A stretch of 64,000 bases of DNA from Planctomycetota bacterium. GTDB lineage: Bacteria; Planctomycetota; UBA1135; UBA2386. The translations under genes and the position numbers were made by a program. Positions within the stretch are counted from its first letter, which is position 1. The number at the start of each line of letters is the position of its first letter. The notes beneath the pieces are model-generated. The model saw only the letters and a program-made list of their open reading frames with translations, made no database searches and was not told the DNA's origin. Location: NCBI GenBank assembly GCA_046290465.1, contig JBKAGP010000001.1:5312001-5376000 (forward strand), written 5' to 3'. Below, one piece after another: positions 29,356-39,153 of the stretch.

Positions 29356-30645
29356 CTACAGCGGGAACGCGCCGGTGTTGACGCCGCGCCCTTCGAGAGC
29401 CAGCACTTCCGCCAGCTGCTCCTTCTGCTGCTCGGTGACGCGGGCGTAGACGTCGGTGACCAGCGTCTCGTCCGCCGGCGGCCCTTCCTTCTCGGCGGCC
29501 GCGATCGCGTCGTTGACGCGCTGCGCGATGTCGTCCTTGAAGGCAGCCTCCTTGCCGTCGTCCCACAGCCCCTTCTTCTGCAGGTAGGTGCGGAAGCGGT
29601 CGACCGGGTCGCGCTGCTCCCACAGCTTGACCTCGGCCTCGTCGCGATACCGCGTCGGATCGTCGGACGAGCTGTGGCCGAGGCGGCGGTAGGTGACCGC
29701 CTCGATGAAGGTCGGCCCGTCGCCCTTGCGGGCGCGCGCGGCGGCCTCCCGGGTGACCGAATAGACCGCCAGCACGTCGTTGCCGTCGACGCGCACGTAG
29801 GGCATGCCGTAGGCCTTGCCCTTCTGCGCCAGCGTCTCCGACGCGCTCTGCTTGCTCAGTGGCACCGAGATCGCCCACTGGTTGTTCTGGCAGAACATGA
29901 TGCACGGGCTCTTGTAGACCGCCGCGAAGTTCATGCCGCAGTGGAAGTCGTTGGCGCTGGTGGCGCCGTCGCCCATGTAGCCGAGCACGACGATGTCGTC
30001 GCCCCGGATCTTCGCCGCCATCGCCGCGCCGGTGGCGTGGCTGATCTGCGTGCCGATCACCGACGACATGCCGTAGTAGTTGCCTTCCTTGACCGTGTAG
30101 TGGCACGGCATCTGGCGGCCCTTGCAGCGATCGGCGCCGTTGCCGATCAGCTGGTTGATCGCCTCGGTCAGCGACAGGCCGCGCATCATCGCGGCGGCCC
30201 CTTCGCGCAGCGCCGGAAAGATCCAGTCCCGCTGCTCGAGCGCGGCGACCGATCCGACGGTCGCAGCCTCCTGGCCGAGGATCGGGCCGTAGAAGCCGAT
30301 CCGGCCCTGGCGCTGCAGCATCAGCATGCGGCGGTCGAACTCACGGACCTGCACCATCTGCTCGTACAGGTAGAGCAGCGTCTCGTCGGCGAGGTTCGGG
30401 TCCTTGCCGGCGGCGACGCTGCCGTCGTCCTCGAGCACGCGCACCAGGCCCTGCGGCTTGGCGGGCCCGGCGGCGGGCGCTGCCTGCTTGCTGCCAGCAG
30501 GCCTTCCGGCTGCGGACCTTCCGGCTGCGGACCTTCCGGCTGTTGGCTTCGCGGCCGCAGGCTTCCGGGCCGCCGGTCGGGCGGCCGGGGCCTTGCGCGA
30601 CGTCGCCTTGCGCGTCGCCTTCTTGGCGGTCTTCTTCGCGGCCAT
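29356..30645 (-). CDS. 2-oxoacid dehydrogenase E1 alpha subunit (second copy) with Lys/Ala/Arg-rich N-terminal extension
   Basis: QRQGRIGFY, GRQMPCHY, GDGATS...NN ThDP motif and TYRRLGHSSSDDP; TGATG overlap with E2. Confidence 0.93.
   Translation of the reverse strand: MAAKKTAKKATRKATSRKAPAARPAARKPAAAKPTAGRSAAGRSAAGRPAGSKQAAPAAGPAKPQGLVRVLEDDGSVAAGKDPNLADETLLYLYEQMVQVREFDRRMLMLQRQGRIGFYGPILGQEAATVGSVAALEQRDWIFPALREGAAAMMRGLSLTEAINQLIGNGADRCKGRQMPCHYTVKEGNYYGMSSVIGTQISHATGAAMAAKIRGDDIVVLGYMGDGATSANDFHCGMNFAAVYKSPCIMFCQNNQWAISVPLSKQSASETLAQKGKAYGMPYVRVDGNDVLAVYSVTREAAARARKGDGPTFIEAVTYRRLGHSSSDDPTRYRDEAEVKLWEQRDPVDRFRTYLQKKGLWDDGKEAAFKDDIAQRVNDAIAAAEKEGPPADETLVTDVYARVTEQQKEQLAEVLALEGRGVNTGAFPL
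30502..30542. repeat. Perfect 15-bp tandem repeat (ccttccggctgcgga x ~2.7) in the E1 alpha N-terminal extension
   Basis: Read directly; encodes AGRSAAGRSAAGR. Confidence 0.8.
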
Positions 30646-31934
30646 CAGCCCAGCAGCATCCGGTACGGCTGCTCGAGGTGGTCCTTGACGACGTTCATCC
30701 AGTGCGCGCCGGTGGCGCCGTCGACCAGGCGGTGGTCGATCGACACCGACAGGTACATCTTCTTGCCGGGCACGCAGGCGCCGTCGCGGATCACCGGGGT
30801 GTCCTTGATGGCGTGCACGCCGCAGATCGCGACCTCGGGGAAGTTGATGACCGGCGTCGCGAACAGGCCGCCGATGTTGCCGGCGTTGGTGATCGTGAAG
30901 GTGCCGCCGGTCAGGTCGTCGACGGTGACCTTGCCTTCGCGCGTGCGCTTGGCGAGGTCCTGCAGCTCGGCGGCGAGCTCGCCGATCGACTTGCGGTCGA
31001 CGTCCTTGATGACCGGGACGATCAGGCCGCTGTCGGTGTCGGTCGCGATGCCGAAGTTGTAGTACTCCTTCACGACGAACTCGTTGGTGACCTCGTCGAG
31101 CGACGCGTTCATCGTCGGGTGCGCCTTCATCGCCGACACGATCGCCTTCATGATGAACGGCAGGTACGTGACGTTGACGCCCTTGTCCGCGTAGGCGGCC
31201 TTGGCCTCCTTGCGGATCTTGACGAGTTCGGTGACGTCGATGTCGTCGACGTAGGTGAAGTGCGTCGCGGTGTACTTCGACCGCGTCATCGCCTCGGCGA
31301 TCTTGCGGCGCAGGCCGCGGAACGGCGTGCGGGTCTCGGTGCGGCCTTCCGGGGCCGGCGGGATCGCGATCGGCTGGAACGCGTGGCCGCCGACCGAGGC
31401 GCCGCCGGCGGCAGCCGGGGTCGCGGTGCTCAGATCGTCGTTGGTGATCCGGCCGCGCGGGCCGGTCGGCGCAATCGTCGACAGGTCGATGCCCATCTCC
31501 CGTGCGCGGCGGCGGGTCGCCGGCGCGGCGAGCACCTTGCCCGGGCTCGACTGCACGAACGACGCCGGGGCTTGCGCGGCGGGGGCCGGCGCGGCGGCGG
31601 CGGCGGGCTTGGCCTCTTCCTTCGCGGGGGCCGGCGCGGCCTCCTCCTTGGCAGGCTTCGCCTCCTCCTTGGCCGGAGCGGCGGCACCGGCAGCGCCGGC
31701 GTCGATCACGGCGATCACCGAGCCGACCGGGACGACGTCGCCCTCGGCACACTTCAGCTCGGCGATCGAGCCGGTGAACGGCACCGTGATCGTCACGGTC
31801 GCCTTGTCCGTCATCACCTCGACGAACTCGTCCTCTTCCTTCACCGCCTGGCCGGCCGAGACCTTCCAGCTGACGATTTCGCCTTCCGCGATGCCCTCAC
31901 CGATGTCGGGCAGTTTGAATTCCTTGAGTGCCAT
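30645..31934 (-). CDS. Dihydrolipoamide acyltransferase E2
   Basis: Single lipoyl domain EVMTDKATV, peripheral subunit-binding domain AAPATRRRAREMGIDL...GPRGRI and catalytic DHRLVDG. Confidence 0.96.
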   Translation of the reverse strand: MALKEFKLPDIGEGIAEGEIVSWKVSAGQAVKEEDEFVEVMTDKATVTITVPFTGSIAELKCAEGDVVPVGSVIAVIDAGAAGAAAPAKEEAKPAKEEAAPAPAKEEAKPAAAAAPAPAAQAPASFVQSSPGKVLAAPATRRRAREMGIDLSTIAPTGPRGRITNDDLSTATPAAAGGASVGGHAFQPIAIPPAPEGRTETRTPFRGLRRKIAEAMTRSKYTATHFTYVDDIDVTELVKIRKEAKAAYADKGVNVTYLPFIMKAIVSAMKAHPTMNASLDEVTNEFVVKEYYNFGIATDTDSGLIVPVIKDVDRKSIGELAAELQDLAKRTREGKVTVDDLTGGTFTITNAGNIGGLFATPVINFPEVAICGVHAIKDTPVIRDGACVPGKKMYLSVSIDHRLVDGATGAHWMNVVKDHLEQPYRMLLG

Positions 31935-31973
31935 GATTGGGAGATTGGGTGGTGCTGTGCAGTGAGGGGTGGG

Positions 31974-32993
31974 TTACCAGACGAACGTCTTCTCGATGCC
32001 CGCAGCGACGCGCTTCGGATCGGGCATGTAGAGGTGTTCGAGGGAATAGGGGAACGGGGTGTCGAAGCCGGCGACGCGCACGATCGGGCCTTCCATGTAC
32101 TCGATGGCCTTCTCGGCGATGATCGCGCTCAGCTCGCCGCCGAAGCCGCCGGTCTTCGGCGCTTCGTAGACGATCACGACGCGGCCGGTCTTCTTGACCG
32201 ACTCGAGGATGGTCTGCTCGTCGAGCGGCACCAGCGTGCGCAGGTCGACGATCTCGACGCTGCGGCCTTGCTCTTCCTGGGCGAGATCGGCGGCCTTCTG
32301 GCAGACCGGCACCATCGCGCCGTAGCACAGCACGGTGACGTCGGTGCCCTCGCGCGCGATGCGCGCCTTGCCGAGTTCGACCGTGTGCTCGCCGAGCGGG
32401 ACCTCGTCCTTGGCGTGGCGGTAGATCGCCTTCGGCTCCAGGAACATGACCGGGTCCTCGTCGCGGATCGACGAGATCAGCAGGCCCTTGGCGTCGGCCG
32501 GCGTCGACGGGATCACGACCTTGAGGCCCGGCGTGTGGCAGAAGTACGCCTCGGCCGACTGGCTGTGGTAGTGGCCGCCGCGGATGCCGCCGCCATACGG
32601 CGAACGGATCACCATCGGGCACGTGTATTCGCCGCCGGAGCGGTACCGCATCTTGGCGGCCTCGCTGACGATCTGGTCGAAGCCCGGGTAGATGAAGTCG
32701 AGGAACTGGATCTCGGCGATCGGCCGCATGCCGTAGACGGCCATGCCGACGCCGGCGCCGAGGATGCCACACTCGCTGAGCGGCGTGTCGAAGCAGCGGT
32801 TCTCGCCGAACTCCTCGTAGAGGCCCATCGTCGTGCCGAACACGCCGCCCTTCTTGCCGACGTCTTCGCCGAAGACGACGACGCGGTCGTCGTTGGCCAT
32901 CTCGACGCGCATCGCGTCGTTGATCGCCTCGAGCATCGTCATGACCTTGGTGCCGGTCTTGCCTTCGCCCGCCTTGGTGTTGGTAGCAGTCAT
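31974..32993 (-). CDS. 2-oxoacid dehydrogenase E1 beta subunit
   Basis: GEDVGKKGGVF, DTPLSE, EIQFLDF, GGHYHSQS, DLRTLVPLD and RVAGFDTPFP. Confidence 0.96.
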   Translation of the reverse strand: MTATNTKAGEGKTGTKVMTMLEAINDAMRVEMANDDRVVVFGEDVGKKGGVFGTTMGLYEEFGENRCFDTPLSECGILGAGVGMAVYGMRPIAEIQFLDFIYPGFDQIVSEAAKMRYRSGGEYTCPMVIRSPYGGGIRGGHYHSQSAEAYFCHTPGLKVVIPSTPADAKGLLISSIRDEDPVMFLEPKAIYRHAKDEVPLGEHTVELGKARIAREGTDVTVLCYGAMVPVCQKAADLAQEEQGRSVEIVDLRTLVPLDEQTILESVKKTGRVVIVYEAPKTGGFGGELSAIIAEKAIEYMEGPIVRVAGFDTPFPYSLEHLYMPDPKRVAAGIEKTFVW

Positions 32994-33123
32994 GTTCTGT
33001 TGGGTGGGAGGGCGGGGTCGCGCCGCTCCAGGGTCAATGGTGTGTGGACTCGTGGATGTTGCTTCCCGCGGAGCGACGACCAGGATGATCTCTGGCCGAC
33101 TCGACCGCTCGCGGGCGATTCGG

Positions 33124-34236
33124 TCAGAGCGGGAAGTGGCCGACCTCGGCGCCGATGCCGCCCTTCTCGACGAGCTCGTGCAGGTACTTCTTCTGGTCCT
33201 TCAGCTGTTGCGTCGGGTTCATGTAGACGTCCTCGAACATCGTCTCGGGGCCGACCGGCGGCATCGCCTCGGCGACCTTGACGGCCGCGGCGATCTCCTC
33301 CTTGCTGCCCTCGACGCACTCCTTCTCGAAGTCCTCGCTCCAGAGCTTCTTGTGCTTGAGGTAGCGCTGGAAGCGCGCGATCGGGTCCTTCTTCTTCCAG
33401 GCCTCGAACTCCTTCTTGTCGCGGTAGCGGTCGGCGTCGTCGGACGACGAGTGCGAGGCGATCCGGTAGGTCACCGTCTCGATCAGCGTCGGGCCGTCGC
33501 CGCGGCGGGCGCGCTCGACCGCTTCCTTGGTGACGCGGTAGACGGCGAGGATGTCGTTGCCGTCGACGCGCACGCCCGGCATGCCGTAGGCGTCGGCCTT
33601 GATCGCCATCGACTCGCTCGCGGTCTGCTTGTCGTTGGGCACCGAGATCGCCCAGCCGTTGTTCTCGCAGACGAACACGACCGGCGCCTTGTAGACCGCG
33701 GCGAAGTTGAGGCCGCAGTGGAAGTCGTTGCTCGAGGTGCCGCCGTCGCCGCAGTAGGTCATGAAGACCGTGTCGTCGCCGCGGGCCCTGGCGGCCATGC
33801 CGGCGCCGGCGGCCTGGCTCAGCTGCGTGCCGATCGGCGAGCTGATCGAGACGAAGTTCGCCTGGCGGAAGCTGTAGTGCACCGGCATCTGGCGACCCTT
33901 GCTGGTGTCGCCCGAGTTGCCGAACCACTCGGCGATGATCTTCTCGTACGGGATGTCGCGCAGCAGCAGGATTCCCGGCTGGCGGTAGGCTGGGAACAGC
34001 CAGTCGCTGTCCTGCAGCGCGTAGGCGGTGCCGAGGTGCGAGGCCTCCTGCCCGGTCGACTGCAGGTAGAAGCCGATGCGGCCCTGACGCTGCAGCGCCA
34101 GGCCGCGGTCGTCGAGGGCGCGCGTGGCGCACATCAGCTTGTAGAGCCGCTTGAGCTCTTCCGGCGGCAGGTTCGGGTCCTTGCCCTTCTGTGCCTTGCC
34201 GTCCTTGTCGAGGATCGTCAGTAGTTCGAGACTCAT
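33124..34236 (-). CDS. 2-oxoacid dehydrogenase E1 alpha subunit (branched-chain/pyruvate type)
   Basis: QRQGRIGFY, GRQMPVHY, ISSPIGTQ, GDGGTS...NN and HSSSDD; ATGA overlap with lipA. Confidence 0.95.
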   Translation of the reverse strand: MSLELLTILDKDGKAQKGKDPNLPPEELKRLYKLMCATRALDDRGLALQRQGRIGFYLQSTGQEASHLGTAYALQDSDWLFPAYRQPGILLLRDIPYEKIIAEWFGNSGDTSKGRQMPVHYSFRQANFVSISSPIGTQLSQAAGAGMAARARGDDTVFMTYCGDGGTSSNDFHCGLNFAAVYKAPVVFVCENNGWAISVPNDKQTASESMAIKADAYGMPGVRVDGNDILAVYRVTKEAVERARRGDGPTLIETVTYRIASHSSSDDADRYRDKKEFEAWKKKDPIARFQRYLKHKKLWSEDFEKECVEGSKEEIAAAVKVAEAMPPVGPETMFEDVYMNPTQQLKDQKKYLHELVEKGGIGAEVGHFPL

Positions 34237-35225
34237 GATTCGTTTCCTTCGGCCAGCTTGGATGGTCGATCCTGCCTGGCTTCCTCCGCCTTGCGTTGGC
34301 GCAGCAGCCCTTCGATGTAGAACTCGGCCGCCTTGTAGCTGGACCGGACCAGCGGACCGGACGCGACGTAGAGGAAGCCCTTGGTCATCGCCCGTTGTTG
34401 CAGTGCCTGGAAGCGCGCCGGCGTGACGTGCTCGCGCACCGGCAGGTGCAGCATCGACGGACGCAGGTACTGGCCGAACGTCACCACGTCGACCTCGAAC
34501 TCGCGCAGGTCGTCCATCGCCTGATCCAGCTCGCGCTCGCTCTCGCCGAGGCCGAGCATCAGCGAACTCTTGGTCACGACGTCGGGGCGGATCCGCTTGG
34601 CCATGCGCAGCGTCTCGAGCGAGCCGAGGTAGCTGCAGCGGTGGTCGCGGACGCGCGCCGTCAGGCGCAGCACGGTCTCGATGTTGTGGGCGTAGACGTC
34701 GACGCCCGACTCGAGCACGGTGCGGATGCTCGACTCGCGGCGCTGCAGGTCCTCGCGCTGGGTTTTGTCGGTCGGCAGCCAGTCGCCGACCAGCGCCTCG
34801 ACCAGCATCTCCGGCGCGCGCCGCTTGATCGCGCGGATGGTGTCGGCGACGTGCTGCGCGCCGCCGTCCGGCAGGTCGTCGCGGTCGACCATCGTCAGCA
34901 CGACGTACTTGAGCCCCATCGCGACGCACGACTCGGCGACCTTCTCGGGCTCCTCGGCGTCGACCGGCACGCCCTTGCTGTGCGTCTTGACCGCGCAGAA
35001 GCGGCAGCCGCGGGTGCAGGTGTCGCCGAGCACCATGAACGTCGCCGTGCCGCCATCCCAGCACTCGCCCATGTTGGGGCAGCGCGCCTCCTCGCAGACC
35101 GTGTGCAGGCCGCGGTCGCGCAGGGTCTTGGTCAGACGCGCCACGGTCGGACCCGAGGGGATCGGGACCTTCAGCCAGTCGGGCTTCTGCCCGGGGGTGA
35201 TGCGCTTGCTGTGGATCGACGACAT
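34233..35225 (-). CDS. lipA: Lipoyl synthase
   Basis: KPDWLK, CEEARCPNMGEC, CTRGCRFC radical SAM motif, HNIETV, GQYLRP and RSSY. Confidence 0.97.
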   Translation of the reverse strand: MSSIHSKRITPGQKPDWLKVPIPSGPTVARLTKTLRDRGLHTVCEEARCPNMGECWDGGTATFMVLGDTCTRGCRFCAVKTHSKGVPVDAEEPEKVAESCVAMGLKYVVLTMVDRDDLPDGGAQHVADTIRAIKRRAPEMLVEALVGDWLPTDKTQREDLQRRESSIRTVLESGVDVYAHNIETVLRLTARVRDHRCSYLGSLETLRMAKRIRPDVVTKSSLMLGLGESERELDQAMDDLREFEVDVVTFGQYLRPSMLHLPVREHVTPARFQALQQRAMTKGFLYVASGPLVRSSYKAAEFYIEGLLRQRKAEEARQDRPSKLAEGNES

Positions 35226-35357
35226 TGCGGGGTTGCGCCGCAAGCCGCGGACACCGCGGCTGAAGGCCAGGGAGAGTAGGCAGCCACCCCGGGGAAGGCC
35301 AGTTAGATACCCGCAAGTATGCAACGTCGGATCGGGCGGTTGCGGCACGATCACGCC

Positions 35358-36422
35358 ATGCACAGCCGCCTTTGGGGCCCGCTCGGGACCCGCCTGTCGA
35401 CGCGCTTCGCGACCCTGCTGCTGCCGGTGCTGTTGGTCGCTCAGGATCCGGTGGAGTCGGATTCTCGGGCGGCTCCGGTGCCGGTCGTCGACCGCCTGGT
35501 GGCCGCGATGAAGGGCTGCCTGCGGGTGCCCGAGCCGACCACCAATGCGGTGCGCCGTGCCACGGGTGCGTCGCTGTTCGACGGCTCCTACGACTGGCAC
35601 TCCAACCTGTTCGCGCACTGGGCGCTGCTGGTGCACGCCCGCCGCAGCGGCGACGAAGAGCTGGCCCGCGGGGTGCTCGCGCCGTTGACGCCGGCGGCGC
35701 TGCAGCAAGAACGCGAACGGCTGGCCAAGGTGAGCCAGCGTCGGCGCGCGGTGTTCCCGTACGGCGAAGGCTGGCTGCTGCAGCTGCTGGACGAGCTCGA
35801 ACACCATCGCGAGGTCGCCGCGTCGACGCGGGCGTGGCGGCGGGAGATCGAACTCGAGGTGCTCGCATGGCTCGAGGCGCGGCCGTTCCCGGGCATCCCC
35901 GAGCAGCGGCGCAAGGGACCGTTCGCCGGCCGCAGGTTCCTCGGCTCGTATCGCTCGTGGGCGTGGAACTGGTACCAGCTGGCGCGCAGTGAGCCGATCG
36001 GCGAGGGCGTCGCGGCGCGGCTCGAGAAGCTGTTCGCCGACAAGCTGATGCCCAACGCGGCCGGCATGCTCGCGGAGCGCGAGCTGACCGTCTACGAGTT
36101 CCTCGACGTGCCGGCGATCGCGTTCCTGGTGCACGACGTCCGGCCGCTGCCGCAGGCGCCGAAGCTGCCGGAGATCGACACCGGACTGCCGCTGCCCGAC
36201 CAGGTGACGCTGCGCGACACGCACTCGCTCGGCAAGTGGATCTCGCGGCTGTGGCCGCTGGCGATCGCGGCGCGCACCGATCCGGCCGCGCGCGAACGGC
36301 TCGACCGGGAGCTGGCGCGCTACCTCGCGCGCGAGGACCTGTGGAACGGCGACTTCACGGTCATCCGCCACTGGATCCCGCAGTTCTTGTGGTTCGCGAT
36401 CCACCTCGCCGAGCCGAAGTAG
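35358..36422 (+). CDS. Exported DUF2891-like protein
   Basis: Signal-like N-terminus; FDGSYDWHS...[13 protein letters not shown] and HWIPQF resemble DUF2891 motifs. Confidence 0.65.
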   Translation: MHSRLWGPLGTRLSTRFATLLLPVLLVAQDPVESDSRAAPVPVVDRLVAAMKGCLRVPEPTTNAVRRATGASLFDGSYDWHSNLFAHWALLVHARRSGDEELARGVLAPLTPAALQQERERLAKVSQRRRAVFPYGEGWLLQLLDELEHHREVAASTRAWRREIELEVLAWLEARPFPGIPEQRRKGPFAGRRFLGSYRSWAWNWYQLARSEPIGEGVAARLEKLFADKLMPNAAGMLAERELTVYEFLDVPAIAFLVHDVRPLPQAPKLPEIDTGLPLPDQVTLRDTHSLGKWISRLWPLAIAARTDPAARERLDRELARYLAREDLWNGDFTVIRHWIPQFLWFAIHLAEPK

Positions 36423-36603
36423 CGCTGAGCGCGTCGGGCAGGGGCCTTGGACCGTCGGTGCCATCGATGGGCGGGGCCGCCTGTGGCCGTCGACGCCGGG
36501 CGTGGCCGGCTCCGGCGCGCCGCCAGCTGCGCGGTCGGGTCGTAATCTTGTGGCGGGTCCGGGCGCCGCGTGCCGCCTGCGACTCCAGAGCCACGAGATC
36601 CCC

Positions 36604-39111
36604 GTGTTCCATACCCGCACCTCCGTATTCTTCGCCCTCGCCATGCTGCTGGGGCTCGCCGCCGCGCTGCCGGCCCAGGTCGTGACCCTCTCGGGGGACG
36701 TCTACGACGGCCAGATCGGCCCGCTGCAGAACGACACCTTCCACTGCCAGAACATCCGCGTGCCGCCGGGGCAGACGCTGACGCTGTCGGGCGTCAACCT
36801 GAAGTTCCACGACAACCGGTCGTTCACGATCGAGGGCACGGTCGACGCCAGCCAGGGTGCGTTCCTGACCTCGGTGCACGACGACGCGGTCGGCGGTGAC
36901 ACCAACGGCAACGGCGCGGCGACGGTGGCGCAGGCGGGTGACTGGCAGGGCGTGCGGTTTCCGAGCGGTGCGACCGGCAGCTCGATCCTCAACGCGTCGA
37001 TCCGCCACGCCGGTCGCGGCGGCAGCCCGGCGCTGCGCATCAACAGCTCCTCGGTCGAGCTGTCGATGACCAACGCGGTGATCGGCGACTCCGACGGCGT
37101 CGGCGCCGAACTCGGCAACTCGCGGCCGATCTTCAACAACCTGCTGGTGGCCGACTGCGCCGGCGTCGCGATGACCGGCTCGTTCGTGATGCTCGACCGG
37201 GTCGTCAACTGCACGGCGTGGAACTGCGCGGGCGGCAACTACATCGAGCGGCGGACCGCGCCCGGCGGCCAGCCGCAGTGGCCGCTCAACGGGCCGGCGG
37301 CGCTGACGTTCGGGCCGCAACACACGCTGGGCGGCACCGGCGTGATGGTCGTCAACGGGGTCGTCAACGTGCCCGCGGGCAACCATCTGACGCTCGACCT
37401 TGGCCTCGACTGCAAGCTGACCGCGAACGGCGCGTTCCTGATCCGCGGCGGCTTCGAAGCGATCGGCACGCCAGCGGATCCGTCGGTGTTCACGTCGCTG
37501 CGCGACGACACGGTCGGCGGCGACACCAACCTCGACGGCGCGGCGACTTCGCCGGCGCCGGGCGACTGGCGTTCGCTGCGGTGTGACGCGGCGACCGGCG
37601 AGTTCGGCTTCGTCGACGCGGAGGTGCGCTATGCCGGCGGTTCGCTCAGCTTCGGCGGCGGGGTCCTGGTCGGCACCGGCCGCTGTGACGCGCAGCGGCT
37701 GACGGTGCGCGACACGCTCGGCTTCGGCATCGACTTCGGCGTGACCAACACGTCGAGCCCCAACCACTCGTCGGTCGTCGACTGCACGTTCGTCGACCTG
37801 ACCGACGCGGGCATCCACGACGCGCCGCTCGACGACCTGCCCGACCATCGCGGCAACCAGGCCGTCGGCACGACGCCGGCGGTCACGCAGGTGCTGCCGC
37901 TGCTGCGGCGCGACACCGTGGTCGGGCCGGCCAACCTGGTCGCCGGGGTCGCACACATCGCCGGTTCGGTCTCGGTGCCGTCGGGGCTGCGCCTGACGGT
38001 GCTCGACGGCAGCGCCTGGAAGTTCTTCAACGGCACGTCGATCACGACGCAGTCCGGCATCTTCGAACTGCTCGGCACGCCCGACGCGCCGATTGTGTTC
38101 ACGTCGCTGCTCGACGACACCGTCGGCGGTGACACCAACGGCGACGGTGCGGCGACCATGCCGGTGGCCGGCAACTGGACCGGCGTGCGCATGAACGGCT
38201 CGACCGCGTCGCGCGCCGTGCACTTCGACGTGCGCTACGCGACGACCGGGGTGCAGGTGCAGTCCTCGCAGGGCGTGCTGCGTGCGGCGCGCGCGCTGCG
38301 CTGCCGCGACGGCTTCTCGCTGTCGGCGCACCAGGGGCCGCTCGACAACCTGGTCGCCGCCGACTGCACCCGCGACGGCCTGCGGGTCTCCGGCAGCGGC
38401 TACGACGTGCGGCACGCGTCGGTCGCCGGCTGCGCCGACGCCGGCATCGACGCGACCGGCTTCTCCGGCGCAGTGCGCAACTCGATCGCGTGGAACAACG
38501 TCGGCGGCAACTTCGTCGGCATCACCGCGAGTTCGGTGTTCGACTCGTGCGGCGACTTCGCCGGCCAGAACGGCAACCTCGTCGCCAACCCGCAGTTCGC
38601 CGATCCGCTGGTGCTGACGCTGTCGGCGTCGTCGCCGTGCGTCGATGCGGCGGGTCTCGCCGCCGCGGTCCCGGTCGCGACCGACGTGGTCGGCAACTCG
38701 CGCGTCAGCGCACCCGGCTTCGGCCCGACGGCGCTGCCCGACATGGGCGCCTACGAGGTCGTCGGCTGTCGCCTGCTGGTCGATCGACCGGTGCCGCACG
38801 TCGGCGACACGATCACGTTCGGCCTGCTGCCCGGCAGCCCGGCCAACCACGGCCTCGGCTTCGTCGGCGCGGGCGTCGGCCACGTCGGCGGCCTGGCGCT
38901 GCTGCAGCCGTACGGGATCCTCAACACCGGCTTCCCGCAGCTGATCACGCTCGGCTTCGGGCCGAGCACGGCGGCGGTGCACTTCGCGGTGCCGCCCGAT
39001 CCGCTGCTCAACGGCTTCGAGATGTCGGTGCAGGGACTGCTGGTCCCGATCCCGTTCCCGGCGGGCGGCAGCCTGACCAACGTGGTCAGGCTGCGGGTGG
39101 TCGGGCCGTAG
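36604..39111 (+). CDS. Secreted parallel beta-helix repeat protein with three internal modules and conserved C-terminal domain
   Basis: GTG start with signal peptide [17 protein letters not shown]; three [12 protein letters not shown] repeats; ANPQF...SSPCVDA...DMGAYE motif. Confidence 0.8.
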   Translation: MFHTRTSVFFALAMLLGLAAALPAQVVTLSGDVYDGQIGPLQNDTFHCQNIRVPPGQTLTLSGVNLKFHDNRSFTIEGTVDASQGAFLTSVHDDAVGGDTNGNGAATVAQAGDWQGVRFPSGATGSSILNASIRHAGRGGSPALRINSSSVELSMTNAVIGDSDGVGAELGNSRPIFNNLLVADCAGVAMTGSFVMLDRVVNCTAWNCAGGNYIERRTAPGGQPQWPLNGPAALTFGPQHTLGGTGVMVVNGVVNVPAGNHLTLDLGLDCKLTANGAFLIRGGFEAIGTPADPSVFTSLRDDTVGGDTNLDGAATSPAPGDWRSLRCDAATGEFGFVDAEVRYAGGSLSFGGGVLVGTGRCDAQRLTVRDTLGFGIDFGVTNTSSPNHSSVVDCTFVDLTDAGIHDAPLDDLPDHRGNQAVGTTPAVTQVLPLLRRDTVVGPANLVAGVAHIAGSVSVPSGLRLTVLDGSAWKFFNGTSITTQSGIFELLGTPDAPIVFTSLLDDTVGGDTNGDGAATMPVAGNWTGVRMNGSTASRAVHFDVRYATTGVQVQSSQGVLRAARALRCRDGFSLSAHQGPLDNLVAADCTRDGLRVSGSGYDVRHASVAGCADAGIDATGFSGAVRNSIAWNNVGGNFVGITASSVFDSCGDFAGQNGNLVANPQFADPLVLTLSASSPCVDAAGLAAAVPVATDVVGNSRVSAPGFGPTALPDMGAYEVVGCRLLVDRPVPHVGDTITFGLLPGSPANHGLGFVGAGVGHVGGLALLQPYGILNTGFPQLITLGFGPSTAAVHFAVPPDPLLNGFEMSVQGLLVPIPFPAGGSLTNVVRLRVVGP

Positions 39112-39153
39112 GCGCGCCCGCAACCGGTTGCGTCCGGGATCGCAACGCCGGGC

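Noticed and set aside
26137..31062. Very long plus-strand ORF (1641 aa) and similar ones (24..2492, 5811..8987, 45846..49838, 49712..52735, 54477..58091, 59606..63205)
   Set aside because: They are antisense shadows of well-supported genes. High GC suppresses stops, and the translations are Arg/Ala/Gly-rich with no motifs.
32994..33123. 130-bp gap between E1 alpha and E1 beta as a possible sRNA
   Set aside because: No recognisable structure, promoter or terminator.
35226..35357. Hairpins upstream of lipA as a possible riboswitch
   Set aside because: No recognisable conserved riboswitch motif. An Infernal/Rfam search would be needed.
33124..36644. Apparent long N-terminal extensions on E1 alpha (914 aa) and LipA (803 aa), and likewise on other track ORFs
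   Set aside because: They result from the ORF caller taking the furthest upstream start. Motif onset and stop/start overlaps define shorter genes.
39115..39153. Inverted repeats between convergent secreted-protein genes
   Set aside because: The stem is short and imperfect with no U-tract, so a terminator cannot be supported.
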